Assembly: GCA_964392775.1 (NCBI GenBank)
Contig: CAYMRD010000010.1
Location: 10,834-74,833 of the forward strand
DNA length: 64,000 nt
From: an uncultured Bifidobacteriaceae bacterium
GTDB lineage: Bacteria > Bacteroidota > Bacteroidia > UKL13-3
Reading direction: 5' to 3'
Under the pieces are notes generated by a model that had not been told where the DNA came from, did no database searches, and worked only from the letters and a program-made list of their open reading frames with translations. A program made the translations under genes and the position numbers. This document shows positions 39,800 to 50,424 of the stretch, piece after piece; the first letter of the stretch is position 1, and each line of letters starts with the position of its first letter.

Positions 39800-39881
39800 T
39801 CAGAATAAATTTCGAAATTCGAATCCCGCAAATTCGAAAACTTAATTTTTTCGGATTTCGGATTTTTGTATTCGAATTTGT
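39800..39881 (+). promoter_or_regulatory. rpmH-rnpA spacer containing clustered TTCGAA/TTCGGA palindromic repeats (possible attenuator or regulatory site)
   Basis: tttcgaaattcgaatcccgcaaattcgaaaac...ttcggatttcggatttttgtattcgaattt: six or more TTCGRA-type hexamers in 80 nt. Confidence 0.35.
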
Positions 39882-40268
39882 ATGTATACATTTCATAAAT
39901 CAGAAAGGTTATGCAGCCTCCGGCTCATTGCCCAACTGTTTGCAAAAGGAAACCCGAGCATTGTCAGGTTTCCTTTTCGTTTTACATGGGTAACAGCCAA
40001 ACTTGAGCAGGCCGTACCCATTCAGGTGGTATTTGTGGTTCCCAAACGAAAGTTTCAACGCGCCAATGCCCGTAATGCCATCAAACGGCACATGAGGGAG
40101 TTGTACCGTTTAAACAAACCGGCATTGTATGAGCAGCTTCCTGCCGGCAAGCAGTTTGCACTGGCCATTTTATACAGTGGAAATACCCATCTGAGTTATA
40201 CTGAACTTCAAAAATCCTTTACTGCTTTAATCAAACAACTGGCTCATGAAATGGCGAAACTGGATTAA
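39882..40268 (+). CDS. rnpA: Ribonuclease P protein component
   Basis: ...[17 protein letters not shown]...[24 protein letters not shown]... is the basic RnpA fold signature. Position after rpmH. Confidence 0.85.
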   Translation: MYTFHKSERLCSLRLIAQLFAKGNPSIVRFPFRFTWVTAKLEQAVPIQVVFVVPKRKFQRANARNAIKRHMRELYRLNKPALYEQLPAGKQFALAILYSGNTHLSYTELQKSFTALIKQLAHEMAKLD

Positions 40269-40473
40269 TGCTCCCTTTATCTTACTCATCAAGATATATC
40301 AGGCTATCATCTCGCCCATATTGCCCAATGCATGCAGGTATACTCCCACCTGCTCCCATTACACCGAACAGGCCATCCGAAAATATGGAATTATAAAAGG
40401 AATATGGCTTGGTGTCAGGCGGATTTCACGTTGCCACCCATGGGGCGGAAGCGGGTATGATCCTCTCCCCTAA
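40246..40473 (+). CDS. yidD: Membrane protein insertion efficiency factor YidD
   Basis: [58 protein letters not shown]. Overlaps the rnpA 3' end. Confidence 0.9.
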   Translation: MKWRNWINAPFILLIKIYQAIISPILPNACRYTPTCSHYTEQAIRKYGIIKGIWLGVRRISRCHPWGGSGYDPLP

Positions 40474-40572
40474 ACCGTTTATCAATTAGTACATCATTTC
40501 ATTCATTTTGTATGTAACTTCGGTTTGATTATAACCGAATGTTGTTCATTATTGTATTGACATCTTATATCT

Positions 40573-42243
40573 ATGAAAAATCTGCTGCGTAAAATAAAAT
40601 GGCCGGTAGGCTTATTAACAATTACAGTTTGTGCGCTGCTGGCATTCAGTCCGGCTAATACCAACTATTTCGAAGTTTCAAAAAACCTCGACATTTTTGC
40701 CACCTTATACCGTGAGGTAAATGCATATTATGTGGATGATGTTGATGCCGGCAAACTGATGCGCAAAGCCATTGATGAAATGCTGAACTCATTAGACCCC
40801 TATACCAACTATATTTCCGAATCGGAGATTGAAGATTACCGCTTCCAGATGACCGGTCAATATGGAGGTATCGGCTCCCAAATAGGGCAGAAGGGTGATT
40901 ATATTATGATTACAGACCCTTACGATGGTTACCCTGCCCAAAAAGAAGACCTCAGAGCCGGTGATCTTCTTTTGGAAGTGGATGGTCATGTAGTGAAAGG
41001 TAAAAACAGCACCGATATCAGCAAATTGCTCAAAGGACAACCCGGCACCAAAGTAAAACTCAAAATCAAAAGAGAAGGTGAAGGAGAACTCATCAAAACA
41101 TTAACCCGTGAAGAAATTCATGTTAAAAATGTGCCTTATGTGGGCATGATTAACGAACATACCGGTTATATCAGGTTGCAGTCATTTACCAATGATGCAG
41201 GAAAAGAAGTCCGCGATGCCATGCTCGAACTTAAGAAAAATACCGGACTGACTTCTGTTATTCTGGATGTAAGAGGAAATCCGGGAGGATTATTGCACGA
41301 ATCAGTTAACATCGTCAATGTTTTTGTTCCGCAACAAACCGAGATTGTAAGCACCAAAGGCAAAATCAAAGAATCGGATAAGACATACAAAACGCTAAAC
41401 CAGCCGGTTGATACCGAAATCCCTTTAGTTGTACTAACCAATCGCTCATCAGCATCTGCCTCCGAAATTGTGTCGGGCAGTATTCAGGATTTAGACCGTG
41501 GCGTGGTAATCGGCTCCCGCACCTTTGGTAAAGGTTTGGTTCAAAACACCCGTCCGCTCAGTTATGGTACACAGGTGAAAATTACCACGGCAAAATACTA
41601 TACTCCATCAGGCAGATGTATTCAGGCGCTCGACTATTCGAACCGAAATGAAGATGGCAGTGTAGGTGCTGTTCCCGATAGTTTGAAAAAAGAATTTAAA
41701 ACCAAAAACGGACGCAAAGTATATGATGGTGGCGGAGTTACTCCTGATGTTGTGGTTGATCATAAAAACTATTCGAAAATCACGGAGAGCTTATTATCGA
41801 AACAACTCATGTTTGATTATGCCACCCGCTACCGGGCTACACATGCGAGCATCCCTCCTGCCAAAGAATTTCGCCTAACGGATAAAGACTTTGAAGACTT
41901 CAAACAATACATAGCCGGAAAAGAATACGACTATTCAACAGCAAGTGAAAAGGCTTTGGAGGAGTTTCGCAAAAAAGCAGAAGCCGAACAATACTTTGAT
42001 GCTGTCAAAACTCAATATGAAAGTTTGAAACAAAACTTAAGTCACGACAAACAAGCTGATATTGATAAAAACAAAGCAGAGATTGTGGAACTTCTGGAAG
42101 AAGAAATTGCCCGCAGGTATTATTTCCAGAAGGCCCGTTACGAAGCCTCTTTTAAAGGAGACGAAGACATTCAGGAAGCGCTCTCATTATTTGCAGAGCC
42201 ACAGCGCTACTCATCCATTTTAAAAGGAAGCACAAAAAAATAA
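40573..42243 (+). CDS. S41 family C-terminal processing (tail-specific) peptidase with PDZ domain
   Basis: PDZ region (GDLLLEVDGHVVKG), S41 catalytic region RGNPGGLL ... SASASEIVSGSIQDLDRGVVIGSRTFGKGLVQ (Ser/Lys dyad). Confidence 0.85.
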   Translation: MKNLLRKIKWPVGLLTITVCALLAFSPANTNYFEVSKNLDIFATLYREVNAYYVDDVDAGKLMRKAIDEMLNSLDPYTNYISESEIEDYRFQMTGQYGGIGSQIGQKGDYIMITDPYDGYPAQKEDLRAGDLLLEVDGHVVKGKNSTDISKLLKGQPGTKVKLKIKREGEGELIKTLTREEIHVKNVPYVGMINEHTGYIRLQSFTNDAGKEVRDAMLELKKNTGLTSVILDVRGNPGGLLHESVNIVNVFVPQQTEIVSTKGKIKESDKTYKTLNQPVDTEIPLVVLTNRSSASASEIVSGSIQDLDRGVVIGSRTFGKGLVQNTRPLSYGTQVKITTAKYYTPSGRCIQALDYSNRNEDGSVGAVPDSLKKEFKTKNGRKVYDGGGVTPDVVVDHKNYSKITESLLSKQLMFDYATRYRATHASIPPAKEFRLTDKDFEDFKQYIAGKEYDYSTASEKALEEFRKKAEAEQYFDAVKTQYESLKQNLSHDKQADIDKNKAEIVELLEEEIARRYYFQKARYEASFKGDEDIQEALSLFAEPQRYSSILKGSTKK

Positions 42244-42263
42244 AATAAACCATTTAAACACGA

Positions 42264-43091
42264 TTGATGTTAGATATAGTTGATTACCTTCTCCTTTTTG
42301 CACTGGGTTCACTTGGTGCTTTTATTGCCGGACTATTGGGAGTTGGAGGAGGAATCATCTACATCCCCATTCTCGATTATTTTTTGACCAAACTTGGCCT
42401 TAGCAACGATACTTTGGTAAAAGGCATATTGGCCAACTCTTTGTTTACAATTATTTTCTCGGGTAGTGTTGCTTCTTACAAGCAATATAAAATGAAAAAT
42501 TTCTACCCTAAGGAAATTCTCTATACGGCCCTTCCCGGAGTTGTATCAGCCGTTATCATGACCTACTTCATCAAAACAGGTTCGTGGTACTCCAAACAAG
42601 CATTCAACTATGTATTCGGTTCTATGCTGCTTGTTATCATCCTCCGAATGTTTCTGGCCAAACCTAAAGCTTCCGAACTGGATAAAGAACTCATCTCTCC
42701 TTACAAATATTCTCTCACCGGACTGATGACCGGAATAGTGACGGCCTTATCGGGCCTTGGGGGTGGAATTTTAATGACACCTGTTTTTACTGATGGACTT
42801 AAGCTGAGTATCAAGAAATCAAGTTCCATATCCAATGGTGTAATCCCAATTTTAGCTATCGGAATAGGTCTTTACAACTTATCATCAGTGGCTCCTCCTA
42901 TCTTGCCCGGCTGGCAACAAATAGGATTTATTGTACTTCCTGTTACGCTTCCAATGATTGCTGCCACTTTTATATTTGCACCGATTGGCGTTAAAGTTGG
43001 GCAATCAACTCGTCCACAAGTTTTGCGATTCATATTCGCATCCTTTATCAGCATTGTATTCATCAAATTGATTTACCAAATGATACGTTAG
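42264..43091 (+). CDS. Sulfite exporter TauE/SafE family membrane protein
   Basis: Two TauE repeats (FIAGLLGVGGGIIYIPIL ; TALSGLGGGILMTPVF). ~8 TM helices. Confidence 0.8.
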   Translation: MMLDIVDYLLLFALGSLGAFIAGLLGVGGGIIYIPILDYFLTKLGLSNDTLVKGILANSLFTIIFSGSVASYKQYKMKNFYPKEILYTALPGVVSAVIMTYFIKTGSWYSKQAFNYVFGSMLLVIILRMFLAKPKASELDKELISPYKYSLTGLMTGIVTALSGLGGGILMTPVFTDGLKLSIKKSSSISNGVIPILAIGIGLYNLSSVAPPILPGWQQIGFIVLPVTLPMIAATFIFAPIGVKVGQSTRPQVLRFIFASFISIVFIKLIYQMIR

Positions 43092-43116
43092 TTTTAGTAT
43101 CGCACAATGCCTCATA

Positions 43117-43794
43117 TCAGGCCTTTATCTCGGTTATTTTTGCAAGAGCATGCACCCGGTATTTTCTTCCGGTTGAAATATCCTCACACATTATATATGA
43201 CCGGAGTTTTTCCAGTTTCCGGAATACCTTTTTACTCCGATTGGATAGCTTAAACAAAGTATTTACAGGCAAATCGTCCAACAACATAGCCGGGCCATTT
43301 TTATTAAACTTCATCAAAGCTTTCATCAAAGCCACATCCCCACTGTGAGTATACTTGGGCGACTTCATGTGTTTAATTAATGGGGCTTGAATCTCGGCCG
43401 GAAAAACATTCATCATCACTACCGGTCTCATGCAATTCTTAAACTCTTCCTTCCATTCTTTTCCATGCGATTGATGATGGGGACCATATTTTTTATGTGC
43501 TACATGATGAGCCAACTCATGAATAAATGTAATCAGAAAATCATACGGATTAAGATTATGGTTGATGCTGATACGGTTACCCTGCCCCAAATGAGGACTG
43601 TAATCACCCAACCTGTCAGCCCTTTCAACCTCTATATGCAAATGGAGTTTATAGAGCATAATCAACTCCGCGCAATACGCTACAACCGTTTGGGGAAGGT
43701 AGGGTGATAAGGCCGCCATGAGTTTTTGCTTATGTCCAAATTGCACTTCAGACAATGGACCCAGCAATAATGAATTATGCATACTGTAAACCAA
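43117..43794 (-). CDS. SprT-like zinc metalloprotease family protein
   Basis: HExxH motif in FIHELAHHVAHKKYG with the upstream NHNLNPYDFL context typical of SprT-like/DUF45 proteins. Confidence 0.65.
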   Translation of the reverse strand: MVYSMHNSLLLGPLSEVQFGHKQKLMAALSPYLPQTVVAYCAELIMLYKLHLHIEVERADRLGDYSPHLGQGNRISINHNLNPYDFLITFIHELAHHVAHKKYGPHHQSHGKEWKEEFKNCMRPVVMMNVFPAEIQAPLIKHMKSPKYTHSGDVALMKALMKFNKNGPAMLLDDLPVNTLFKLSNRSKKVFRKLEKLRSYIMCEDISTGRKYRVHALAKITEIKA

Positions 43795-43900
43795 TGGACC
43801 TCAAAATTGTTCTCATTTTATGGGTTAAAAATACAGCCAATTTCAAAAAATATTCCTTCTATTTTATTAACTTGCTTTCAATATAAAACATACCCACCTC

Positions 43901-44185
43901 ATGAACTCGTTAGAAGTCATCCCTAAAGAAGAAATTCAGAATTATCATTTTGTCACATTCGATGTATTGGACAATAATGAAGACCGCGCCACCCGTATTA
44001 GCAGTTTACAACAAGCTATGGTTTTAGGAAACAATGAGCACCATAAACTTCGGATTTATTTCACTACAACAGATGGAATGAAAGTTGTTGAAACTACTGT
44101 TTGGGCCGCAACAGAAGAAGCTGTTACCCTGAAAGGCGGAGTTGTTATTCCAATCAACTGTGTCAACAAAATTAGTTTTTACTGA
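43901..44185 (+). CDS. Hypothetical protein (94 aa)
   Basis: ORF with no recognisable motifs, followed by a hairpin terminator. Confidence 0.3.
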   Translation: MNSLEVIPKEEIQNYHFVTFDVLDNNEDRATRISSLQQAMVLGNNEHHKLRIYFTTTDGMKVVETTVWAATEEAVTLKGGVVIPINCVNKISFY

Positions 44186-44186
44186 C

Positions 44187-44218
44187 ACAAAAACACCCCT
44201 TACGGGGCGCTTTTGTGT
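44187..44218. terminator. Bidirectional terminator-like hairpin between convergent small genes
   Basis: cacaaaaacacccc-ttac-ggggcgcttttgtg. Confidence 0.5.
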
Positions 44219-44268
44219 AATGAATCAACTATAAAAACATGGCAACTCACGTCACCGGTTTTTCTGTT

Positions 44269-44604
44269 TTAAAAATTGAGAACCGCTGCAGATGCAGTTT
44301 GCTCTTCCTGGTTAATAGCCAAACCCGCTAATCCGGTATCTTTTGTATCTGGCTTTTTGGTTGCATTGGTGACTACTTTTACTTTAGCCAACTCGCCCAA
44401 ACCCGAGATTTCAAATTTATGCTCTTTTGCAAACATCCCCAAAGCTACCGCTTGTTTTATTCCACTTATTGTCAGATCTATTTCAAATTCATCTGAAGCG
44501 ATTCCTCGGTTACTTACCGAAAAGGAAATCTTAAGATCTAAACAATAATCAAATACCATTTGAATGTTTTTGCGCTTGGCAAACAGGGTTACTTTTTCTT
44601 CCAT
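44269..44604 (-). CDS. Hypothetical protein (111 aa)
   Basis: ORF only. Confidence 0.3.
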   Translation of the reverse strand: MEEKVTLFAKRKNIQMVFDYCLDLKISFSVSNRGIASDEFEIDLTISGIKQAVALGMFAKEHKFEISGLGELAKVKVVTNATKKPDTKDTGLAGLAINQEEQTASAAVLNF

Positions 44605-44840
44605 AATTTTATTTAAAATGTTAATTATCAGGCAATTAAAAATACAACTTCTTCTCTGTAAAGGTACTCATGAAGCCTAAAATTACCGTAAAAGGGCATT
44701 GCTTGTTACCCACATTTTACACCGCCAACACACAGGCTTATTCACACCCTGCTTCCAATTGTTAATAGTATGTTTACAACCATGCGGTTATCCACACACG
44801 ATTTGCCCGACAAATAACTAATAAGCTGATATACTTAACA

Positions 44841-47240
44841 TTACCTCAAAACGGTAACATTACCCTTTTGCTCATGCTGGGAACCGTCATAACCTGTATA
44901 GGTTATGGTATATACATACACATCTGACGGGGCGTAAGCTCCGGTAAACGTTTTTCCATCCCATTTCCGGGTTTTATCCAGAGTTTGGAAGACCAACTGC
45001 CCCCATTTATTATAAAGCATTATATTATAGCTTTTTACAAAAACATCCCTAATATCCCAAAGGTCATTGATACCGTCTCCATTGGGTGTAAATGCATTGG
45101 GCACATATAATTTAGGTGGTTCAATCAATACTATCTCATTTGAGAAACTAACGGCTCCAAAATATCTGAGCATGGTTGTTTGTTGCATGGGGACCTTTTG
45201 ATAGGCGGCAACCTGATAGGTAAATTCTCCCGATAATAGATCCAAGTCACTATCCTTCCGTAAAGTATCCGTAGCTGCAACCATTCTCCATTGCTTAAAT
45301 TCCGGATTAAAATCGCCCCATGCTGCCAAAGTATAAGATTGAAGTCCCGTTAACCAGTAAGAATAGGAAGTCCAATTCAGATAATTATAAAATGGCTTCG
45401 ATTCGCCTTTCAATAAAATGGAGCAGGCCTCATATCCGTCATATCCTATATTATCACAGGTATCCTTCATCACAACATGATAACAATAGGAGCTGTTCTG
45501 AACATCAACCTCAAAATCAGCATAAGAGGTATCCGCAATATTGCCGGTTTCATAAATCAACTGATAGTTCGATGTCCCAAAAGACTTTTTATACACGAAA
45601 TATCGGGCGAAATCGTGTTCGTAGGTTTGAGACCAAAACAGTCGTATATATTTGTTATCTGCAACTGTTACGGTGATGAGTTGTTGTGTATCGGGAATAA
45701 ACTTAAGTTGTTCAAATGTTCCGAGTGTATCAGAAGTTGGCCCTTCTTCTCCACAGGTATTAACCCCACGCATCAGGTAACGGTAGTTGATGATTGCATA
45801 GCTGGGAGTATGAAAATCGTGGTAACTTCTGATTGACCGGTCAAAAACAGAATCCACTTTCACAAACGGACCATCTGCAACTGCCCGGTACAATACATAG
45901 TGTGAGAAATAAGATTTAGGAACAGCGGAATCGCCCCAATAGACAATTGTTTCTTTGTTATCAACCAAGGTCATACATAATAAATCTACAGGCGTAATAT
46001 CCGGCATTGGGATGGTTTGCACAATAACATCGGCAGTTGCTGTTCCATTTTTGGGACAACCATTATCTGTTGCTTTCGCTTTTAAAACCAAGCGGTATCC
46101 ATCCGGTGTTGTGCAAGGCACATCCCAGCATACACGTATTACAACTTTGCTGAAGCCCTTTCGCATGGTTTCAAAAACAGGCTTGGCTTGAATGCCCGTA
46201 TCTATTGAAACATTCTCCAACTCCAATAATAGGGAATCCGTTGGGTCGGTTGTTTCTACATCAAAACAAAGTGAACCGGGAACATTTACCTGCATAAAAT
46301 TGCCGATAATACTTCCATTGGTACTTTTAATTACAATTTGAGGTGGGGGCTGAGGACATTCGGCAACCGTAAATTGCATTTCCAGCCTTACTTCCCCAAT
46401 CTTCACTCCCGCTCTCCATTCTTCAATTTTAATGGCAATAACATGTGTTCCGGTATGAAGCGGGCTTACCGATATTTCGCCATTGGATGGGTTAATACCA
46501 AGGGATGGAACCCCAATAATTTGCTGCTGATCACTATGTCCTCCCGACCACGTAACCTGAGGATACGGACCGGCACCGGCAGTATTGCTTCTGGGTTGAT
46601 TTTTGTCCAGATTCCCATTTAATGGAGTAACCATTGAATACCTAAGTTCATCTCCATCAGCATCTGTAAAATTGAAATTATAAACGGTCAGCTTCTCTTT
46701 ACAAAAAAGAACATTCACGTTTGCATCAAAATCAGGTGTTGAATTAATCATCCTGGACGGTGACGGAATCTCCATATAAATGGCAATTCCTGCATCTCCC
46801 GGTTGCACAATGTTTTGAATGATACCATTTCGGCAACAACGCTGATACGAAAAATAATAACCTGCTGTATTATTAAACTGAGTTGGAGAAAGCGTGATGG
46901 TTTGAGTATATAAGGCCATCTCTGTGCAGCCTACAGGTAAATTTACATTGCAATTAGCACCAACAAATGGCTGGTTTACAGCTACTCCATAAAAACCCAT
47001 CAGATAGGTTGCCTTCAATGCATGGGTTGCTTTATCAAAAACCCCAACAGTAGCCGGATTGTCAAATTCAGCCTCCCCATTCAGGCAATCTCTATATACC
47101 TTAAGTGTAAGTTGATAGTTGTTTGCCGAGAGATGTTGCAATGAAAAAACACCACCCACAATATGCGTTGCATTAACCGGGAAATAAATTCCTAAAATGG
47201 CGATCCGGATCAGAAAGATATGCAGTCTCCGCAATTGCAT
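44841..47240 (-). CDS. T9SS type-B cargo: gliding-motility-associated C-terminal domain (CHU_C) protein with Ig-like/beta-sandwich repeats
   Basis: Signal peptide. C-terminal ~90 aa contain VPNAFTPNGDGINDLWDI...YNKWGQLVFQT...WDGK, the TIGR04131/CHU_C type-B sorting domain. Confidence 0.8.
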   Translation of the reverse strand: MQLRRLHIFLIRIAILGIYFPVNATHIVGGVFSLQHLSANNYQLTLKVYRDCLNGEAEFDNPATVGVFDKATHALKATYLMGFYGVAVNQPFVGANCNVNLPVGCTEMALYTQTITLSPTQFNNTAGYYFSYQRCCRNGIIQNIVQPGDAGIAIYMEIPSPSRMINSTPDFDANVNVLFCKEKLTVYNFNFTDADGDELRYSMVTPLNGNLDKNQPRSNTAGAGPYPQVTWSGGHSDQQQIIGVPSLGINPSNGEISVSPLHTGTHVIAIKIEEWRAGVKIGEVRLEMQFTVAECPQPPPQIVIKSTNGSIIGNFMQVNVPGSLCFDVETTDPTDSLLLELENVSIDTGIQAKPVFETMRKGFSKVVIRVCWDVPCTTPDGYRLVLKAKATDNGCPKNGTATADVIVQTIPMPDITPVDLLCMTLVDNKETIVYWGDSAVPKSYFSHYVLYRAVADGPFVKVDSVFDRSIRSYHDFHTPSYAIINYRYLMRGVNTCGEEGPTSDTLGTFEQLKFIPDTQQLITVTVADNKYIRLFWSQTYEHDFARYFVYKKSFGTSNYQLIYETGNIADTSYADFEVDVQNSSYCYHVVMKDTCDNIGYDGYEACSILLKGESKPFYNYLNWTSYSYWLTGLQSYTLAAWGDFNPEFKQWRMVAATDTLRKDSDLDLLSGEFTYQVAAYQKVPMQQTTMLRYFGAVSFSNEIVLIEPPKLYVPNAFTPNGDGINDLWDIRDVFVKSYNIMLYNKWGQLVFQTLDKTRKWDGKTFTGAYAPSDVYVYTITYTGYDGSQHEQKGNVTVLR

Positions 47241-47302
47241 ATTCGAAGTTAACTAAATAAAAATCAAAGTTTTTCATAATAACAGACCCTTTGCGACAGG
47301 AT

Positions 47303-47345
47303 TCGTTGCATACAAAAACAGCCACAGAGTTGTTACTCTGCGGCT
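47303..47345 (-). terminator. Terminator downstream of the DUF3332 gene
   Basis: Minus strand: ggaaacagccgcagagtaacaactctgtggctgttttt. 11-bp stem with one mismatch, then a T run. Confidence 0.6.
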
Positions 47346-47368
47346 GTTTCCAGTGTTAAAGAAAAACC

Positions 47369-47920
47369 TTAGTTGTGGTTAGCAAACATGCTTTGTGTGG
47401 CTATCGCAGCCATATCAAGCATTTTAACTTCTCCATCCGGTCCAAACACCTCAACTTTATTGAGTTCGGGATGAATCGTTGCAAATGGTGTAACGGTTGC
47501 TCCTTTTTCCATGCTCCAGGTTTTGGTAGCAGGATTATAAGATAGTGCCGATTTCTCTCCTTTATGCTCTCCTGTTAAGGCAACAGCTTCATAACGGTTT
47601 TTGGTAACTGTCATTTGATATTGATTGCCATCTTTCGCCTTTACAATAGCAGTTTCAATATCGCCCTCATTCATGGCTAATGGGTTTGAACCTGTCCAAA
47701 ATTCAAGTAAGTTGAAAATAGCGAAATCAATCGAAATGGTAAAGAAGTACACGAAACCTAAAATCCAAAACAAGAGGTTATCAATAAACTTGTTTCCGGT
47801 TGCCCCGTCATTCCATTTATAGATTTTTGAAGTAAGCCCCCAGGAGCCCATACAACCAGAGTTAAGCGTTCCGATGCCCAGCATAAGGAATGCAATAGAA
47901 TAGATGCTAATTTTTTTCAT
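47369..47920 (-). CDS. DUF3332 domain-containing lipoprotein/membrane protein
   Basis: MKKISIYSIAFLMLGIGTLNSGCMGSWGLTSKIYKWNDGATGNKFIDNLLFWILGFVY... is the DUF3332 signature. Start trimmed to MKKIS. Confidence 0.65.
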   Translation of the reverse strand: MKKISIYSIAFLMLGIGTLNSGCMGSWGLTSKIYKWNDGATGNKFIDNLLFWILGFVYFFTISIDFAIFNLLEFWTGSNPLAMNEGDIETAIVKAKDGNQYQMTVTKNRYEAVALTGEHKGEKSALSYNPATKTWSMEKGATVTPFATIHPELNKVEVFGPDGEVKMLDMAAIATQSMFANHN

Positions 47921-47981
47921 ATCAGTTAATTTTTGCTCCTGTAAGAAAGCAATTTCATACGAACATTCCAACGGTTACGCA

Positions 47982-49184
47982 TTATATTTTAATGCCTGTA
48001 ATTTTTTGGATACTCTTCAGAACAATATCAACGGCAACATCCAGTTCCGGAACGGTGATGGTAAGTGGCGGAGCCAAACGCAAACGATTTGACGCAAATA
48101 AAAACCAATCGGTTATAACTCCTTCTTCAATACATGCGTCTATTATTTTTTTATTGACCTCAAACGAATCAAATTCAAGCGACAACATTAACCCTTTGCC
48201 CGAAACACTTTTAATTGCCGGATGCACCAATCTTGAACGGAGATACGCCTCTTTCTGTTCAACTTCGTTTATCCAGCTATGGCTTTCCAATTCTTCAATC
48301 CCGGCCAGTGCAGCAGCACACACAACGGGGTGTCCTCCAAATGTAGTGATATGTCCGAGTATCGGATTATCGGCCAACTGCATCATTCGCTCGTTTGAGG
48401 AAATAAACGCGCCAATAGGCATACCCGCTCCCAACGCTTTTCCTAACAGTAAAATATCGGGTACAATTCCGGAATGCTCAAAAGCAAACATTTTTCCGGT
48501 ACGCCCCATTCCGGTTTGAATTTCATCAAAAATGAGCAATGCTCCCGTTTCATCGCATCGTTTACGAAGAGCTTGTAAAAAGCTTGTATCTGTAGGCAAA
48601 TATCCGGCCTCTCCACGCACCACTTCAATAATTACACAAGCCGTTTGTTCAGTGATAGCCGATAATTCTTCGGTTCGTCCGTTGGTTAAAAATACAATAC
48701 CCGGCAATAATGGTCTGAATGCCCTTTTATATTCCTCTTCACTGTTTAAACTTAATGCTGCATGTGTACTTCCGTGATAGGCTTGTTTAAAGGCAACCAC
48801 TTCTCCTCTTCCGGTAACACGTTTGGCAAGCTTCAACGCCCCATCGGTAGCTTCTGCGCCTGAGTTTACAAAATACACACTGTTAAGTGAGGCAGGTAAC
48901 AAAGAGGCCAATTTCTGCGCCAGCTTTACTTGCGGGGCTTGCACAAATTCGCCATACACCATCAAATGCATGTACCGATCTACTTGTTCTTTAATAGCAG
49001 TTTTCACTCGTTCGTTTCCATGTCCCAAACTGCTCACGCTGATGCCCGAAATCAAATCCATGTACCTTTTTCCGGAGGTATCAATAAGGTATACTCCTTC
49101 GGCCTTCTCAAACTCAAGTAAGAGAGGGAACAAAGTTGTTTGAGCTTGATGTTGTAAGAAAAGTTGACGGTTACTTAAGTGCAT
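47982..49184 (-). CDS. Class-III PLP-dependent aminotransferase (acetylornithine/ornithine aminotransferase-like)
   Basis: PLP-lysine context DEIQTGMGRTGKMFAFEH, glycine-rich LISGISVSSLGH, fold-type I AT-III spacing. Substrate not assignable. Start taken at MHLSNRQLFLQHQ (49184) inside the ORF that extends to 49211. Confidence 0.75.
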   Translation of the reverse strand: MHLSNRQLFLQHQAQTTLFPLLLEFEKAEGVYLIDTSGKRYMDLISGISVSSLGHGNERVKTAIKEQVDRYMHLMVYGEFVQAPQVKLAQKLASLLPASLNSVYFVNSGAEATDGALKLAKRVTGRGEVVAFKQAYHGSTHAALSLNSEEEYKRAFRPLLPGIVFLTNGRTEELSAITEQTACVIIEVVRGEAGYLPTDTSFLQALRKRCDETGALLIFDEIQTGMGRTGKMFAFEHSGIVPDILLLGKALGAGMPIGAFISSNERMMQLADNPILGHITTFGGHPVVCAAALAGIEELESHSWINEVEQKEAYLRSRLVHPAIKSVSGKGLMLSLEFDSFEVNKKIIDACIEEGVITDWFLFASNRLRLAPPLTITVPELDVAVDIVLKSIQKITGIKI

Positions 49185-49398
49185 AGCACAAACATAAAAA
49201 AAAGCCGCCATGCGGCAGCTTTAAATTTTATTGTTTGGGTTGACTTATATAGAGCCTCTTCGAAAGCTTTGATTTACTTACTAATAGTAACTTTGTTTAT
49301 AAATCAGAATCCCAACACTTCGATAAACTCAGTGCGACAACAACTCCAACAACCCATCCTCTAATCTCAAATCCTAACTCTCAATTCTCAAATTCTAC

Positions 49399-50373
49399 TT
49401 ACCAACCTAAAATCCAGGCAAACATTAAAGGAGCAACAATGGTAGCATCACTCTCTACAATAAACTTAGGCGTATGAATATCGAGTTTACCCCAGGTAAT
49501 TTTTTCGTTTGGAACAGCTCCTGAATACGACCCGTAAGATGTTGTTGAATCACTGATCTGGCAGAAATAACTCCAGAATGGAATATTCTCCATTTCCATA
49601 TCCTGATACAACATTGGTACTACACAAATCGGAAAATCTCCGGCAATCCCTCCGCCAATCTGGAAGAATCCTACTCCTTTTCCTTCGCTGTTTTTTACGT
49701 ACCAATCAGCTAACCAGGCCATGTATTCAATACCACTTTTCATGGTTGAAGCTTTGATCTCGTTTTTGATTACATAAGAAGCGAAGATATTTCCCATGGT
49801 TGAATCTTCCCATCCCGGAACCACAATAGGAATATTAAGTTGAGCTGCAGCCAACATCCATGAGTCTTTAGGATCAATCTCATAATACTGCTCAAGTTCA
49901 CCGCTCAACAAAATTTTGTACATATACTCATGCGGAAAATAACGTTCACCTGCGGTGTCGGCATCTTTCCAGATTTTATGAATATGCTTTTGCAACCTGC
50001 GGAAAGCTTCTTCCTCAGGGATACAGGTATCGGTTACACGGTTGTAATGGTTTTCGAGCAAATCCCACTCATCCTGTGGCGACAAATCGCGGTAGTTAGG
50101 AACACGCTTGTAATGTGAGTGAGCAACAAGATTCATGATATCTTCTTCCAGATTTGCTCCTGTACAACTGATGATATCCACTTTACCCTGACGAATCATT
50201 TCGGCCAGCGACTTACCCAACTCCGCTGTACTCATGGCTCCTGCTAAGGTAACCATCATTTTACCGCCTTCGGTTAAGTGTGTTTCATATCCTTTGGCAG
50301 CATCCACCAATGCCGCGGCATTAAAATGCTTATAGTGTTTTTCAATAAACTGAGAGATAGGTCCTTTGGTCAT
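49399..50373 (-). CDS. Deoxyhypusine synthase-like protein (DHS / homospermidine synthase family)
   Basis: N-terminal ...GGKMMVTLAGAMSTAELG...IISCTGANLEEDI... Rossmann-like NAD site typical of the DHS family. Confidence 0.7.
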   Translation of the reverse strand: MTKGPISQFIEKHYKHFNAAALVDAAKGYETHLTEGGKMMVTLAGAMSTAELGKSLAEMIRQGKVDIISCTGANLEEDIMNLVAHSHYKRVPNYRDLSPQDEWDLLENHYNRVTDTCIPEEEAFRRLQKHIHKIWKDADTAGERYFPHEYMYKILLSGELEQYYEIDPKDSWMLAAAQLNIPIVVPGWEDSTMGNIFASYVIKNEIKASTMKSGIEYMAWLADWYVKNSEGKGVGFFQIGGGIAGDFPICVVPMLYQDMEMENIPFWSYFCQISDSTTSYGSYSGAVPNEKITWGKLDIHTPKFIVESDATIVAPLMFAWILGW

Positions 50374-50424
50374 GATTTGTTAAAATTTGCGCAAATATAA
50401 GCCCTCAAACCCAATTAAAAATAA

